Source: Candidatus Latescibacterota bacterium
GTDB lineage: Bacteria; Latescibacterota; UBA2968; UBA8231
Length of the DNA stretch: 64,000 nucleotides
Reading direction: 5' to 3'
NCBI GenBank assembly: GCA_965206595.1
Contig: OZ242214.1
Location: 5,536,001 to 5,600,000, forward strand
Shown here: positions 1 to 9,106 of the stretch, piece by piece
Layout: each line of letters begins with the position of its first letter
Numbering within the stretch: position 1 is the first letter of the stretch
The notes under the pieces: model-generated
The model's database searches: none
What the model was told of the DNA's origin: nothing
The model's input: only the letters and a program-made list of their open reading frames with translations
Translations under genes and position numbers: made by a program

Positions 1-760
1 CGTCACAACTGCTTTTCTTTGCCCGCAAAAGTGTTCTCGGGTGATCCCATTTTCGCGATCAACTGTGTTTACGTGGGCAACATTCTCGCCTCGGCTGTCT
101 CAACATTCGCAGTCATGCGGCACGCCGGGGTTGGACGCAATCCCGCCTTTATCGCCGGCTGGAGTTTCGGTTTCACCGTCGCCAAGATGCACCAGAATTT
201 CCAGTTTCCCTACTCCTGGTTGGTGTGGACATGCTACGCATGGTACTGTTTTCCCACCACGAGAAAGCGATCGCCCTCAGGACCCACCTGCTGTTTACGC
301 CTATCTGGCAGCCAACGACATTGACGGCGGTATCATCGAGTTACCGACATTCAAGGGTTCTATGGAGAAGGCCGATCCCATATACGGCGACCGCCGAATT
401 GATTATCGCCACCGAGAGTACCTCTACATGTACTACAGCACGTTTCACTGGCGGCCGATCTACAACGGTTTTGGCGCATTCGCCTGACCACATCAGTTTG
501 CGGTGCGCGACGCGATCGAAAAGTTGCCGGCCGCGGGGGCTATAGAGTCGCTGCACACGCTATGATTGGAAAATTTGGTGTTGCATACCTACTGGTTCGA
601 GGAAGAGGACGCGGAATTCTGGTCGCGGGAGGAGGTTATGCAGGTAATGGAGCCGATTGCAGAAGTCAGCGGAGCCTACGTCTACCGGCTATCGGGTGGA
701 GGAGGGTGCAGTTTGGAAAGAAAGAGTCAGGAAGGTAGGGGGCGGCAGAGAGGATTGTAG
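1..760 (+). pseudogene. 3' remnant of a probable membrane (GT-C/YfhO-like) glycosyltransferase, interrupted by in-frame stops
   Basis: ORFs 41..487 and 566..760 are in the same frame and read through as ...YMYYSTFHWRPIYNGFGAFA*PHQFAVRDAIEKLPAAGAIESLHTL*LENLVLH..., with TGA at 485-487 and 563-565. This resembles the C-terminal HW(R/K)PxxNG(Y/F)...LxxLGVxYVVLH region of such proteins. The upstream part appears frameshifted or truncated by the window edge. Confidence 0.5.
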
Positions 761-777
761 ACGGTTTATCCGGGGCA

Positions 778-2442
778 TCAAAGGCGACTCCGAACAAATG
801 AGCGGATATTTGGGGGGGTCCTATACCAGATTTTTTCTAAAAACCCCCGAAAAATGTGGTTTCGGGCGATGCGCCTTACAAAACCCCTGCTTAGCAGTTT
901 TGGGTTTATTCCGTCCAGGAACATTTCTTCCTGTAAGGCATCTGCGTAGGCCCGGTTTTTCTCATGCCTGTTTCGGCTATACGAGGGATAAATGGATCGA
1001 ATCATCTTTCTGCCTTGGCCGTCCCCGATTCCGTGCCGGAATAAGCAAAACCGGATGGATTTATAGAGCATGAAATCGACGGCGATTGGAGAAGGTGTGG
1101 AAATTTCTTCATCGACGAAATGCCAATTCCCCTTCTCATCTTGAATTATATTTGTGAAAATAGCGTCTAAAGCCTCCGGTCTGAGGAGAGGAAACCCTTC
1201 CGGATCAGTTTCTCCTTTACAAAAGTGATCTTTGAGTTCGTTATGGTATCTGCGAATCAGGCCCTTGACGTATTCAGGGAAATTTCTTGCCAGGGCGGCT
1301 CGTTCGATGTGGTAGGTGAGCAAGTTGCCTTGGTGCCATTCAGCTTTTCCCATTTGCTGTTGTACCCCGGCGTTTGAATCCCCAGGAACAGTCGCTGGCG
1401 AGTGCAATGATGTCTTTTGAACAAACGGCTGAGGGTGCAGGAAAAGGGTTGTAAAATTCCGAAAAGGTTCCTTACGCCTCATGTTGTATTTTTTTACGAC
1501 CCAGTCCGGGTCGGGAGGATCCTGGGTTGATGCTACAACCAGAAAAGCGTTGGCAAATTCCCTAAGGATGCCTGACTCGGAAAGTGTTTTAGCGGCAAGA
1601 GGCTTGTTAAATGTCGGGTTTTTTGGATTCGTGGGAGAATCATGAGGGAAATCTACCCAGTTGTGGAGAAAACATTCCTTCTCGTTTCCGATCGAACTGA
1701 AGACTGTTCTGGTAAAGGAGTAGTCTGGAAAACAAAAATAGAATGCCGTACGTGGAAATCCAGCGTCGTTTAACAGCCTTTCCAATTCCGGCTTCGTAAA
1801 CGTAACCTGGGACTCAACGTTTGGATACTCGTGAATACCGTCGTAAGGTCTTCCCGTATGGTTCTCTGGAGCCCCGGCCCAGTAGTCCAAGCCGATCCTA
1901 TTCTCTATTGCAAGGACCAAGCAACCATCGGTTGCAAGCGCGGATTTTCCCAGCTTCAATAGCTTCAAACAGGCAGTCCTTCTATCCTCTTCAGGATAGA
2001 TATAGACGGGAGCGTGTTCCAAAACTCCAACGATGACCACAATATCGAATTCGGGAAGAAAACTTTCATCCCCAAGGTCCTTACATACGACCGATACATT
2101 TCCCAGGTCCCTGCATCGTTCGCGGGCGATTTCAGCGCGAATAGGGTTTTTCTCTATGGCACGTACTGAGGTAAAGGTTTCCCCCAAAGTCCGGGTAATT
2201 GCTCCACATCCCGCCCCCAATTCTAAAACCCGGCTGTTTTCGGGTAGGTCAAGGCACCTCAAGATCGCTGAGCGTCCTACTCCCAAATGGTAGTAGGATG
2301 GGATATCCTTTACCATCCCCATTAACTCTTCCGATTCGAGGCTCACGTCTTTGGCATTTTTCACCGCCGAAAGCATGTCCTTTTCGGCGGACAATCCGTC
2401 GGTAAACCCAATTTTTTGATTTTCGGATTTCCTATTCACCAT
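778..2442 (-). CDS. Class I SAM-dependent methyltransferase with a C-terminal kinase-like region (glycan-associated)
   Basis: Motif I VLELGAGCG, FDIVVIVGVLEH and LAIENRIG; C-terminal DAIFTNII...WHFVDEE. Visibly more AT-rich than the flanking genes. Confidence 0.8.
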   Translation of the reverse strand: MVNRKSENQKIGFTDGLSAEKDMLSAVKNAKDVSLESEELMGMVKDIPSYYHLGVGRSAILRCLDLPENSRVLELGAGCGAITRTLGETFTSVRAIEKNPIRAEIARERCRDLGNVSVVCKDLGDESFLPEFDIVVIVGVLEHAPVYIYPEEDRRTACLKLLKLGKSALATDGCLVLAIENRIGLDYWAGAPENHTGRPYDGIHEYPNVESQVTFTKPELERLLNDAGFPRTAFYFCFPDYSFTRTVFSSIGNEKECFLHNWVDFPHDSPTNPKNPTFNKPLAAKTLSESGILREFANAFLVVASTQDPPDPDWVVKKYNMRRKEPFRNFTTLFLHPQPFVQKTSLHSPATVPGDSNAGVQQQMGKAEWHQGNLLTYHIERAALARNFPEYVKGLIRRYHNELKDHFCKGETDPEGFPLLRPEALDAIFTNIIQDEKGNWHFVDEEISTPSPIAVDFMLYKSIRFCLFRHGIGDGQGRKMIRSIYPSYSRNRHEKNRAYADALQEEMFLDGINPKLLSRGFVRRIARNHIFRGFLEKIWYRTPPNIRSFVRSRL

Positions 2443-2458
2443 TACAGTTTTCCTCCTT

Positions 2459-2569
2459 CATCTGAGCCGTCGAGATTGGCCCGCTCGATTTTATCGGTGC
2501 TGTAGTCGGTCCAGTGGGTCTTGCCGGCCTTTACATCCAAGGCCAGTCCTTCAGGACTGCTCAATCCGG
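2459..2569 (-). repeat. Orphan degenerate copy of one YWTD repeat unit, outside any ORF
   Basis: 111 nt aligns without gaps to 3948..4058, with about 13 mismatches by manual count. Minus strand translates GLSSPEGLALDVKAGKTHWTDYSTDKIERANLDGSD. Confidence 0.85.
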
Positions 2570-2673
2570 CCCTTTGCCGGAGTGCGCATGGGTGTTTCGT
2601 CGTTACGAATGATTGACCCCTGGACCCAGAATCTGGAAAGAATGAACAGACCAGTTCGGAGATAAATGTGGAA

Positions 2674-5397
2674 TCATGGACTGCCGGTCAGTGAAATATC
2701 CAAGGCGATCCCTATGGGTGTTACCACCCGACGGATGTCTTGTACATGGGATCCGTCCAGGTTGGCGCTCTTGATACTGTCCGTGCCATTGTCGGCCCAG
2801 TAAATCTTTCCCCCGGCCAAATCCAAGGCCAGCCCCCTTGGTTCTCTAAGTCCGGTAGTAACGAGGTCTTCGATATGGGAGCCGTCGTAGTTGGCGCGTT
2901 GAATCCGGTCCGTGGTGGAATCCGCCCAGTAGATCTTTCTCCCCGCCACATCCAGGGTCAGCCCTACGGGTTCTCTCAATTCGGTGATGAGGTCTTCAAT
3001 TTGGGAGCCATCGAGGTTTGCGCGTTGAATTTTTTTTGCGCTCCTGTCGGTCCAGTACATTTTGCCCCCGGCCAAATCCAAGGCCAGCCCCCTTGGTTCT
3101 CTAAGTCCGGTAGTAACGAGGTCTTCGATATGGGAGCCGTCGAGGTCGGCCCGTTGGATCTTATCCGTGGTAGCGTCCGCCCAGTAAATCTTTCCTCCAG
3201 CCAAATCCAAGGCCACCCGCCTGGGTTCTCTCAGTCCGGTGACAAGGTCCTCGACATTGGAGCCGTCGAGGTCAGCTCGGTGAATAATATCCGTGCCTTT
3301 GTCGGTCCAGTACATTTTGCCCCCGGCAACATCCAGGGCAATCCCCAAAGGCAGATTCAATCCAGTAACGAGGTCTTCGACATTGGAGCCGTCGAGATTT
3401 GCCCGCTGAATTTTGCGCGAGTCCGCGTCGATCCAGTACATCTTCACCGCCCCCGACACGTTGAAGGTATAGGTCCTGAGGACCGCCTGGTCTAAGACCC
3501 TCCGCAGCTCCAATGCCGCCTGACCAGGACCGCATCCGGCCAAGTAGACCGTCTGGCCGTTCTGGCGCGTCATCCTGTCTTCCGGTTCCGCCGGGCACTC
3601 GTTGAAGGAACTGCTTGATTCGGCGACCAGAATCCTGGGAGTGGTCCCTGTGGGGTTGGCCACCACGTCGATCGCCTCGCTGGCCTGGACAGTAAACCGG
3701 TGCTTGCTGCCGTCCCTGGAAAACGTCACGGAGAATGGATCCGGAGTCAGTGAGGCGACGGGGGAATCAAGCGCCAGCCCCAAGGGGGCTCTCAATTCGC
3801 TGGTAAGGAGGTCTTCGACATCGGTGCCATCGAGGTCGCCCCGTTGGATTTTATTTGAGCCGGAGTCCGTCCAATAGATCTTGCCTGCCTCTACATCCAG
3901 GGCGAGTCCTTTCGGAATACTCAACCCGGTGGTGACGAGGTCCTCGACATCGGTGCCGTCCAGATTGGCCCTCTGAATTTTATCGGTGCTGTAGTCGGCC
4001 CAGTAGATCTTGCCGGCCTTTACATCCAGGGCAAGTCCCTCGGGACTGCTCAATCCGGTGGTGACCAAGTCTTCGACCTGGGAGCCGTCGAGGTTGCCCC
4101 GCTGAATTTTATTGGTGCCGTAGTCGGTCCAGTAGATCTTGCCCCGGATCAATTGCGTTTTGTGGTCCAGCCAGTAGATCTTTCCTGTCGACACGTCCAG
4201 GGCGAGGCTCAAGGGGTGAAGCAATCCGGTGGTGACGAGGTCTTCGACGTTTGACCCGTCGAGGTTTGCCCGCTCGAGCTTGTCGGTTCCCCGGTCCAGC
4301 CAGTACATCTTTCCACCTGCCACATCAAGGGCCAACCCCCTGGGATTGATCAAACCGGAAGTGACGAGGTCTTCGACGTTGGATCCGTCGAGGTTTGCCC
4401 GTTGAATCCTGGGCGGCCCTTCCGCCGTCCAGTACATCTTCCCGCTCGGGGTCACCGGTGAACCTGTCTCCGGCAACACGTAGTTGGTGAGGATAAGCCA
4501 CAAGTCGGTGGCATCGATCCGGCCGTCGCTGTTTACATCCCCGCGGGATATATCGCCGTTGTTCGGAATGGCGATGGAGCTGTCGAGGATGTACAGGACC
4601 ACCAGCAGCGCGTCGACGACATCGACCCGGCCGTTGTTGTCCACGTCGCCCGGCAGCCCGGTCGCCGCAACCTTCCCACGAGGGAGCCCAGCCTGTTTGA
4701 CCACGAAGTCAACCGGCCCCATGCCTGCCTCGACCCGAAAGGCCGGGTCCACATAGGTGACCAGCCCCGGTCCCGAGACGGTCAGGCCGTGGACCGGGGA
4801 GATTTTCTGCTTTTTCCCCTCGTCTTCTTGTGGAATACCTCCCGCGGATACTCCAGGGGCAGGAATTCCCGCTTGTCCGTCGATCAGCACCATGCGAAGG
4901 GTTGCACTCATCCCGCCGCCTTGCAGCCGGTAGAGATACACCCCGGCTCCTACGGCGCGACCGGCGGCATCCGTTCCGTCCCAACGCGCCGTGTGGGAAC
5001 CGGCCGGAAGTTCTTGGTCTACCAGGGTCACTACCCGCTGGCCCAGCAGGTTGAACACCTTCAGCCGTACATGGGTGGAGGCCGGCAGTTGATACGGGAT
5101 GATGGTGGAAGGATTGAACGGATTGGGATAGTTCTGGCCCAGATGAAATCGTTTTGGAAAGGACGACCCCTGGTCTTCCGGAGACAGCGCGAACCAGCCG
5201 TTTTCATCCGTGGTCGCAGCGGCCGTTTGACGCAGGTCCGTCAGGTCGAAGAGCATGACCTGGACCCCTGCCGCCGGCTGCCCGGAGGGCAGCCGCACCT
5301 GGCCTTCGAGCAGCGGCTCGGCCCAAGAGGGCAGGCAGGATCCAAGCCCGATGACAGCCAGACAAGGGAAAATGCGCTTCATGAATGGGGTCTGCAC
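2674..5397 (-). CDS. Secreted multidomain protein: signal peptide, FlgD-Ig/T9SS-like domain, dockerin-like domain and two LDL-receptor class B (YWTD) beta-propellers
   Basis: N-terminal hydrophobic leader; QNYPNPFNPST...GVYLYRL; duplicated GDVDNNGRVDVVDAL / GDVNSDGRIDATDL motif; 12 K(M/I)YW(T/L/A/I)(D/A)...(I/L)(Q/E)R(A/G)(N/D)LDGS units in two blocks of six. Confidence 0.9.
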   Translation of the reverse strand: MQTPFMKRIFPCLAVIGLGSCLPSWAEPLLEGQVRLPSGQPAAGVQVMLFDLTDLRQTAAATTDENGWFALSPEDQGSSFPKRFHLGQNYPNPFNPSTIIPYQLPASTHVRLKVFNLLGQRVVTLVDQELPAGSHTARWDGTDAAGRAVGAGVYLYRLQGGGMSATLRMVLIDGQAGIPAPGVSAGGIPQEDEGKKQKISPVHGLTVSGPGLVTYVDPAFRVEAGMGPVDFVVKQAGLPRGKVAATGLPGDVDNNGRVDVVDALLVVLYILDSSIAIPNNGDISRGDVNSDGRIDATDLWLILTNYVLPETGSPVTPSGKMYWTAEGPPRIQRANLDGSNVEDLVTSGLINPRGLALDVAGGKMYWLDRGTDKLERANLDGSNVEDLVTTGLLHPLSLALDVSTGKIYWLDHKTQLIRGKIYWTDYGTNKIQRGNLDGSQVEDLVTTGLSSPEGLALDVKAGKIYWADYSTDKIQRANLDGTDVEDLVTTGLSIPKGLALDVEAGKIYWTDSGSNKIQRGDLDGTDVEDLLTSELRAPLGLALDSPVASLTPDPFSVTFSRDGSKHRFTVQASEAIDVVANPTGTTPRILVAESSSSFNECPAEPEDRMTRQNGQTVYLAGCGPGQAALELRRVLDQAVLRTYTFNVSGAVKMYWIDADSRKIQRANLDGSNVEDLVTGLNLPLGIALDVAGGKMYWTDKGTDIIHRADLDGSNVEDLVTGLREPRRVALDLAGGKIYWADATTDKIQRADLDGSHIEDLVTTGLREPRGLALDLAGGKMYWTDRSAKKIQRANLDGSQIEDLITELREPVGLTLDVAGRKIYWADSTTDRIQRANYDGSHIEDLVTTGLREPRGLALDLAGGKIYWADNGTDSIKSANLDGSHVQDIRRVVTPIGIALDISLTGSP
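2810..3142. repeat. Identical 78-nt direct repeats within the YWTD gene (2810..2887 and 3065..3142)
   Basis: Manual comparison shows nucleotide identity, including at synonymous positions, with a 255-nt period. Confidence 0.85.
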
Positions 5398-5517
5398 AAC
5401 GTTCCCTCTTTGAATGTCATCCTGTCCGAAGTATCAGATTTTTTTGAACTTGCGGTTCGCAAGATGAACCATTTTCCTCATCCAAGTAGGACATTCATCT
5501 CAGGACTGATACCAAAT

Positions 5518-7008
5518 TCAGGGCAACTGTTTTTTCTGAAGAACCGCACGGAGCGTTCGTAGTTCGTTCAGTAGTGTTCGGCGTTCCAGAACCAGTAGGG
5601 CCGCGCCGTAGGTAACTATGAAAAGGGCGATACCCATGGTCAAAGCCGCGGGTGTCGAAAGGCCTTCGACGAACGGGTCGGCGTGGAGACGCAGGGCGGA
5701 GGCTACGGCTGCGGATAGCAGGGGAGGTAGAAAGCTGCGCATCCATGGGACCTCGACGTAACGAGTGCTGCGCCACAGTCCCAGGATCGTCCCGACAAAA
5801 CCAGTAAGGCTCATTGCCACAGCTGTGCCTTCAATTGCGAATGCGCGGGTAAGCAGGGGAGCTGCAACCAGGAGGACGCTGGCCTGGATCGCGACGAGAG
5901 CTGCGAATCCTCTCGGATCTCCGATGCTTCTCAGCAGGGTATGAACCGCCTCGAGAACAGGGCGGCATACGGAATAAAGGAGGAGGCAGCGCAGAATTGG
6001 TGCCATCGGCAGCCAGTCCTCGCCTAAGAGGAGTCGTATGATAGCGGGGATCTCGATAGCGAGCAGAACGGATAAAGGGACCGCGCACCGCAGGATCCAC
6101 CGGAGGGTACGGCGAAAAGCCCCCGAAAGCTGTTGCTGGTCCTGTTGATAACGCGCAAAGACGGCAACCAGGATGCCGATGAGGGCATGGGTCAGGACCC
6201 CGGTGGGCAATTGCGCGAAGATGTGGGCCCGGTCGTAAAACCCGAGGGTACTGTCGCCGAGAAGGCTTCCCGCGACGAGCCGGTCGAAATTGAGCAGGAA
6301 GGTTTGAAAGATTCCCCCGATCCAGATCCAAACGCCATATCGGAACAGTCGGCGCGCTTCTCCAAGGTCGAAATCCGCGAGACGGAAGCGGAAGGGGGAT
6401 CGACGGCGCCAGACCAGGGCGCAATAAACAACGACGTAACCGATTCCGTAGATGGAGTGACTGAGGATCAGGGCCCAGATTCCGCCACCCAAGTAAACCA
6501 TAGCGATGCCTGCAGCCGCGGCGGCGATCAGGGCAAGGCCATGGGCGCCCGCCAGTGAGCCGAACTCGAGGTCTCGTCTGAGTTGGGTTTCGGCAGTCAG
6601 AACGGTGGCACGGAAAAAATCGAAGACAGCAAAGACTCCGAGGATCGTGGCCACGCTGCGGCCGTACTGATCGTCGACGAAAAGAACCGCCAGGCCGATG
6701 GCTGCGAGGGTCCCGAGCGCGCTGATGCAGGTGTTGAGAATGAAATGGGTAGGAGCGACTTGGTCGACCCGGTTGTATTGGTGCAGAAGGGCATTGTGGA
6801 GACCGAAACTGCGCAGGGAAATCACGAAGGCGAGCAGAGAGGCGGCCAGAGCGACGTGCCCGAAGTCCTCCGGGGCGAGCTCGCGGGTCAGGACGACCAC
6901 GGCGATCCAATTGACGCACCGTCCCGCGTAGGCGCTGCTCAGGGTGTGGACCGCACCCCGTGCAATCCGCCGGAGCGCCATCTCCTCGCTGTGCTCTACG
7001 GGCTTCAA
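5518..7008 (-). CDS. Polysaccharide/oligosaccharide flippase (Wzx, PST/MOP family)
   Basis: Multiple TM segments; LTRELAPEDFG, LRRDLEFGSLA, NFDRLVAGSLLG..LGFYDRA and LLGEDWLPMAPIL are typical of PST flippases. Confidence 0.85.
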   Translation of the reverse strand: MKPVEHSEEMALRRIARGAVHTLSSAYAGRCVNWIAVVVLTRELAPEDFGHVALAASLLAFVISLRSFGLHNALLHQYNRVDQVAPTHFILNTCISALGTLAAIGLAVLFVDDQYGRSVATILGVFAVFDFFRATVLTAETQLRRDLEFGSLAGAHGLALIAAAAAGIAMVYLGGGIWALILSHSIYGIGYVVVYCALVWRRRSPFRFRLADFDLGEARRLFRYGVWIWIGGIFQTFLLNFDRLVAGSLLGDSTLGFYDRAHIFAQLPTGVLTHALIGILVAVFARYQQDQQQLSGAFRRTLRWILRCAVPLSVLLAIEIPAIIRLLLGEDWLPMAPILRCLLLYSVCRPVLEAVHTLLRSIGDPRGFAALVAIQASVLLVAAPLLTRAFAIEGTAVAMSLTGFVGTILGLWRSTRYVEVPWMRSFLPPLLSAAVASALRLHADPFVEGLSTPAALTMGIALFIVTYGAALLVLERRTLLNELRTLRAVLQKKQLP

Positions 7009-7156
7009 GTTTTCCGCCTGCTCTTCTTCATTTGGGCGCCTTGGACCGGAACCGCCGCCGTTATAAATTATAAGCCCATATAGATAATAAAGTTACGGCA
7101 CTTCCTGGATTTTCTGGACTTGGTGTAACGGGCGGCGTTTCGGAAGGTGAAAAAAC

Positions 7157-8161
7157 ATGGGCAAGGTTCTGGTGACCGGCGGGGCAGGTTTCATCGGCAC
7201 CCACCTGGTACGTCAGTTGAGCTCTGCGGGCGGCGATGTCCGCATTCTCGACAACTTCGACCCCCAGGTCCACGGGGAACGCAAACACCGCTACGGCACC
7301 GAGACAGCCGAGTACGTCACTGGCGACGTGCGCGATCCGGACAGGGTGGCGAAATGTCTCGACGGCGTCGACCGCGTCGTTCACCTGGCGGCCGCTGTCG
7401 GGGTCGGCCAGTCGATGTACGAGGTCAAGTACTACGTCGACGTCAACTGCAACGGGACCGCGGTCCTCTGGGAGGAGATCCTCAAGCTCCGCGACCGCAT
7501 CGAAAAAGTGGTGGTGGCCTCCTCCATGTCGATATACGGGGAGGGGGATCCCGGCTTCACCGGGGAGAACCACCCGCTTCGACCGACGTCCGTGTACGCC
7601 GTCACCAAGCGGGACCAGGAGGAGGTCTCCCTTTCCCTCGGCCGCGCCTACGGCATTCCGACCGTCGCCCTCAGGTTTTTCAACGTCTACGGCCCCGGGC
7701 AGTCCCTGAACAATCCCTACACCGGTGTGGCGGCGATCTTCGCCTCGCAGCTGTTGAACGGTCAGGCCCCCGTCATCTTCGGCGACGGCACGCAAACCCG
7801 CGATTTCGTCCACGTCCGCGACATCGTCCAGGGGATTACCCTTGCCCTCGACAGCTGCTGCCCCAGCGACTCCTACAACGTCGGAACCGGGGCCGCGACC
7901 TCGATCCTCGAACTTGCAGGACGCCTCGCCGGGGCGCTCGGTTTTACCGGTGAGATCGGACCGAGCGGCCGCGTCCGCGCCGGCGACGTCATCCACTGCG
8001 TCGCCGACATCGGCAAGATCCAGAAAGCCCTCGGCTTCGCGCCGCAGGTAACACTCGACTCGGGATCGCGGGATCTCATCGCCTGGGCAGGTGCACAGCA
8101 GGCGGAGGACCGCGTCGCCGGCGCCGTGGGCGAGCTCGAATCGCGTGGACTTCTCGAGTAG
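7157..8161 (+). CDS. NAD-dependent nucleotide-sugar epimerase/dehydratase (extended SDR)
   Basis: TGGAGFIG, YAVTK (YxxxK), RFFNVYGPGQ and TRDFVHVRD. Confidence 0.92.
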   Translation: MGKVLVTGGAGFIGTHLVRQLSSAGGDVRILDNFDPQVHGERKHRYGTETAEYVTGDVRDPDRVAKCLDGVDRVVHLAAAVGVGQSMYEVKYYVDVNCNGTAVLWEEILKLRDRIEKVVVASSMSIYGEGDPGFTGENHPLRPTSVYAVTKRDQEEVSLSLGRAYGIPTVALRFFNVYGPGQSLNNPYTGVAAIFASQLLNGQAPVIFGDGTQTRDFVHVRDIVQGITLALDSCCPSDSYNVGTGAATSILELAGRLAGALGFTGEIGPSGRVRAGDVIHCVADIGKIQKALGFAPQVTLDSGSRDLIAWAGAQQAEDRVAGAVGELESRGLLE

Positions 8162-8164
8162 CGG

Positions 8165-8989
8165 ATGAGCCGGATGCCGGAAGTCTCCATCGTCATCGTC
8201 AACACCAATACAAGGGAGTACGTGCGGCAGTGTCTGACGTCGATCCGCGATAACGACGATGTCGACGCCGAGGTCATCGTGATCGAGAACGCCTCGGAGG
8301 ACGGCAGCGGAGAAATGTTGCGGCAGTTTCCCGAGGCCAAGGTGATCGTCAACGAGGAGAGGCTCGGGTTCAGCCGGAACAACAACCTCGGTGCCGAGAT
8401 CGGCACTGCGCCCCTTCTGCTGTTCCTCAACCCGGATACCGAGGCTCCCCCGGGCAGTCTGCGGGCGATGTTGGACCTCATCGCCTCCGAGCCGGAAGTC
8501 GCCGTGCTCGGCGGCCGCTGCCTCGACGCGGACGGCGAGACCGAGCGCTCCACCGGGCGGGACCCCACCTTGACAAGCCTTGCGCTCGACCGCCTTCTCA
8601 CCTCGGCGCCGCCGCTGCAGCCGCTGCTGCAGCGGTTCTCCCAGAGACACTACCGGGGCTACGAACGGGACCGCGACGTCGATTGGGTGACCGGGGCGTA
8701 CCTGTGGATCAGGACCGAGGTCTTCCACCGGATCGGGGGCTGGGACAGCTCCATTACCCTGTACTACGAAGACACCGACCTCTGCCGGCGGGCCCGCGAC
8801 GCCGGGTTCCGGGTGCGCTACACCAGCGCCTCGACGATCAACCACTACCACAACAAAACCCCGATGATGAGCGTCCACCGCAAGAAGTTGATGCGAAACG
8901 GATTGTATATCTTCATACACAAGCATTACGGGCCCTTCCGGCGCTGGCTGTACCCGCGCCTTCTCGGACTGCCGCCGGTCGCGGATTGA
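8165..8989 (+). CDS. Glycosyltransferase family 2
   Basis: VSIVIVNTN, LFLNPDT (DxD-like), VDWVTGAYL and YYEDTDLC. Confidence 0.9.
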   Translation: MSRMPEVSIVIVNTNTREYVRQCLTSIRDNDDVDAEVIVIENASEDGSGEMLRQFPEAKVIVNEERLGFSRNNNLGAEIGTAPLLLFLNPDTEAPPGSLRAMLDLIASEPEVAVLGGRCLDADGETERSTGRDPTLTSLALDRLLTSAPPLQPLLQRFSQRHYRGYERDRDVDWVTGAYLWIRTEVFHRIGGWDSSITLYYEDTDLCRRARDAGFRVRYTSASTINHYHNKTPMMSVHRKKLMRNGLYIFIHKHYGPFRRWLYPRLLGLPPVAD

Positions 8990-9106
8990 CCGCCGTGACC
9001 GCCACCCCACGCGGAACCGTAACCAACGGGTGTTCCGCTGCCATTATATATTGATTTAGGCGACAAAGGATACAGTTCTGGCTCCTCCATTGGTGAACCG
9101 CCGCCC

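Noticed and set aside
2459-4058. Diversity-generating retroelement template/variable repeat pair
   Set aside because: Mismatches between the copies are not adenine-specific on either strand, the matching region is internal rather than at a 3' end, and no reverse transcriptase is present in the window.
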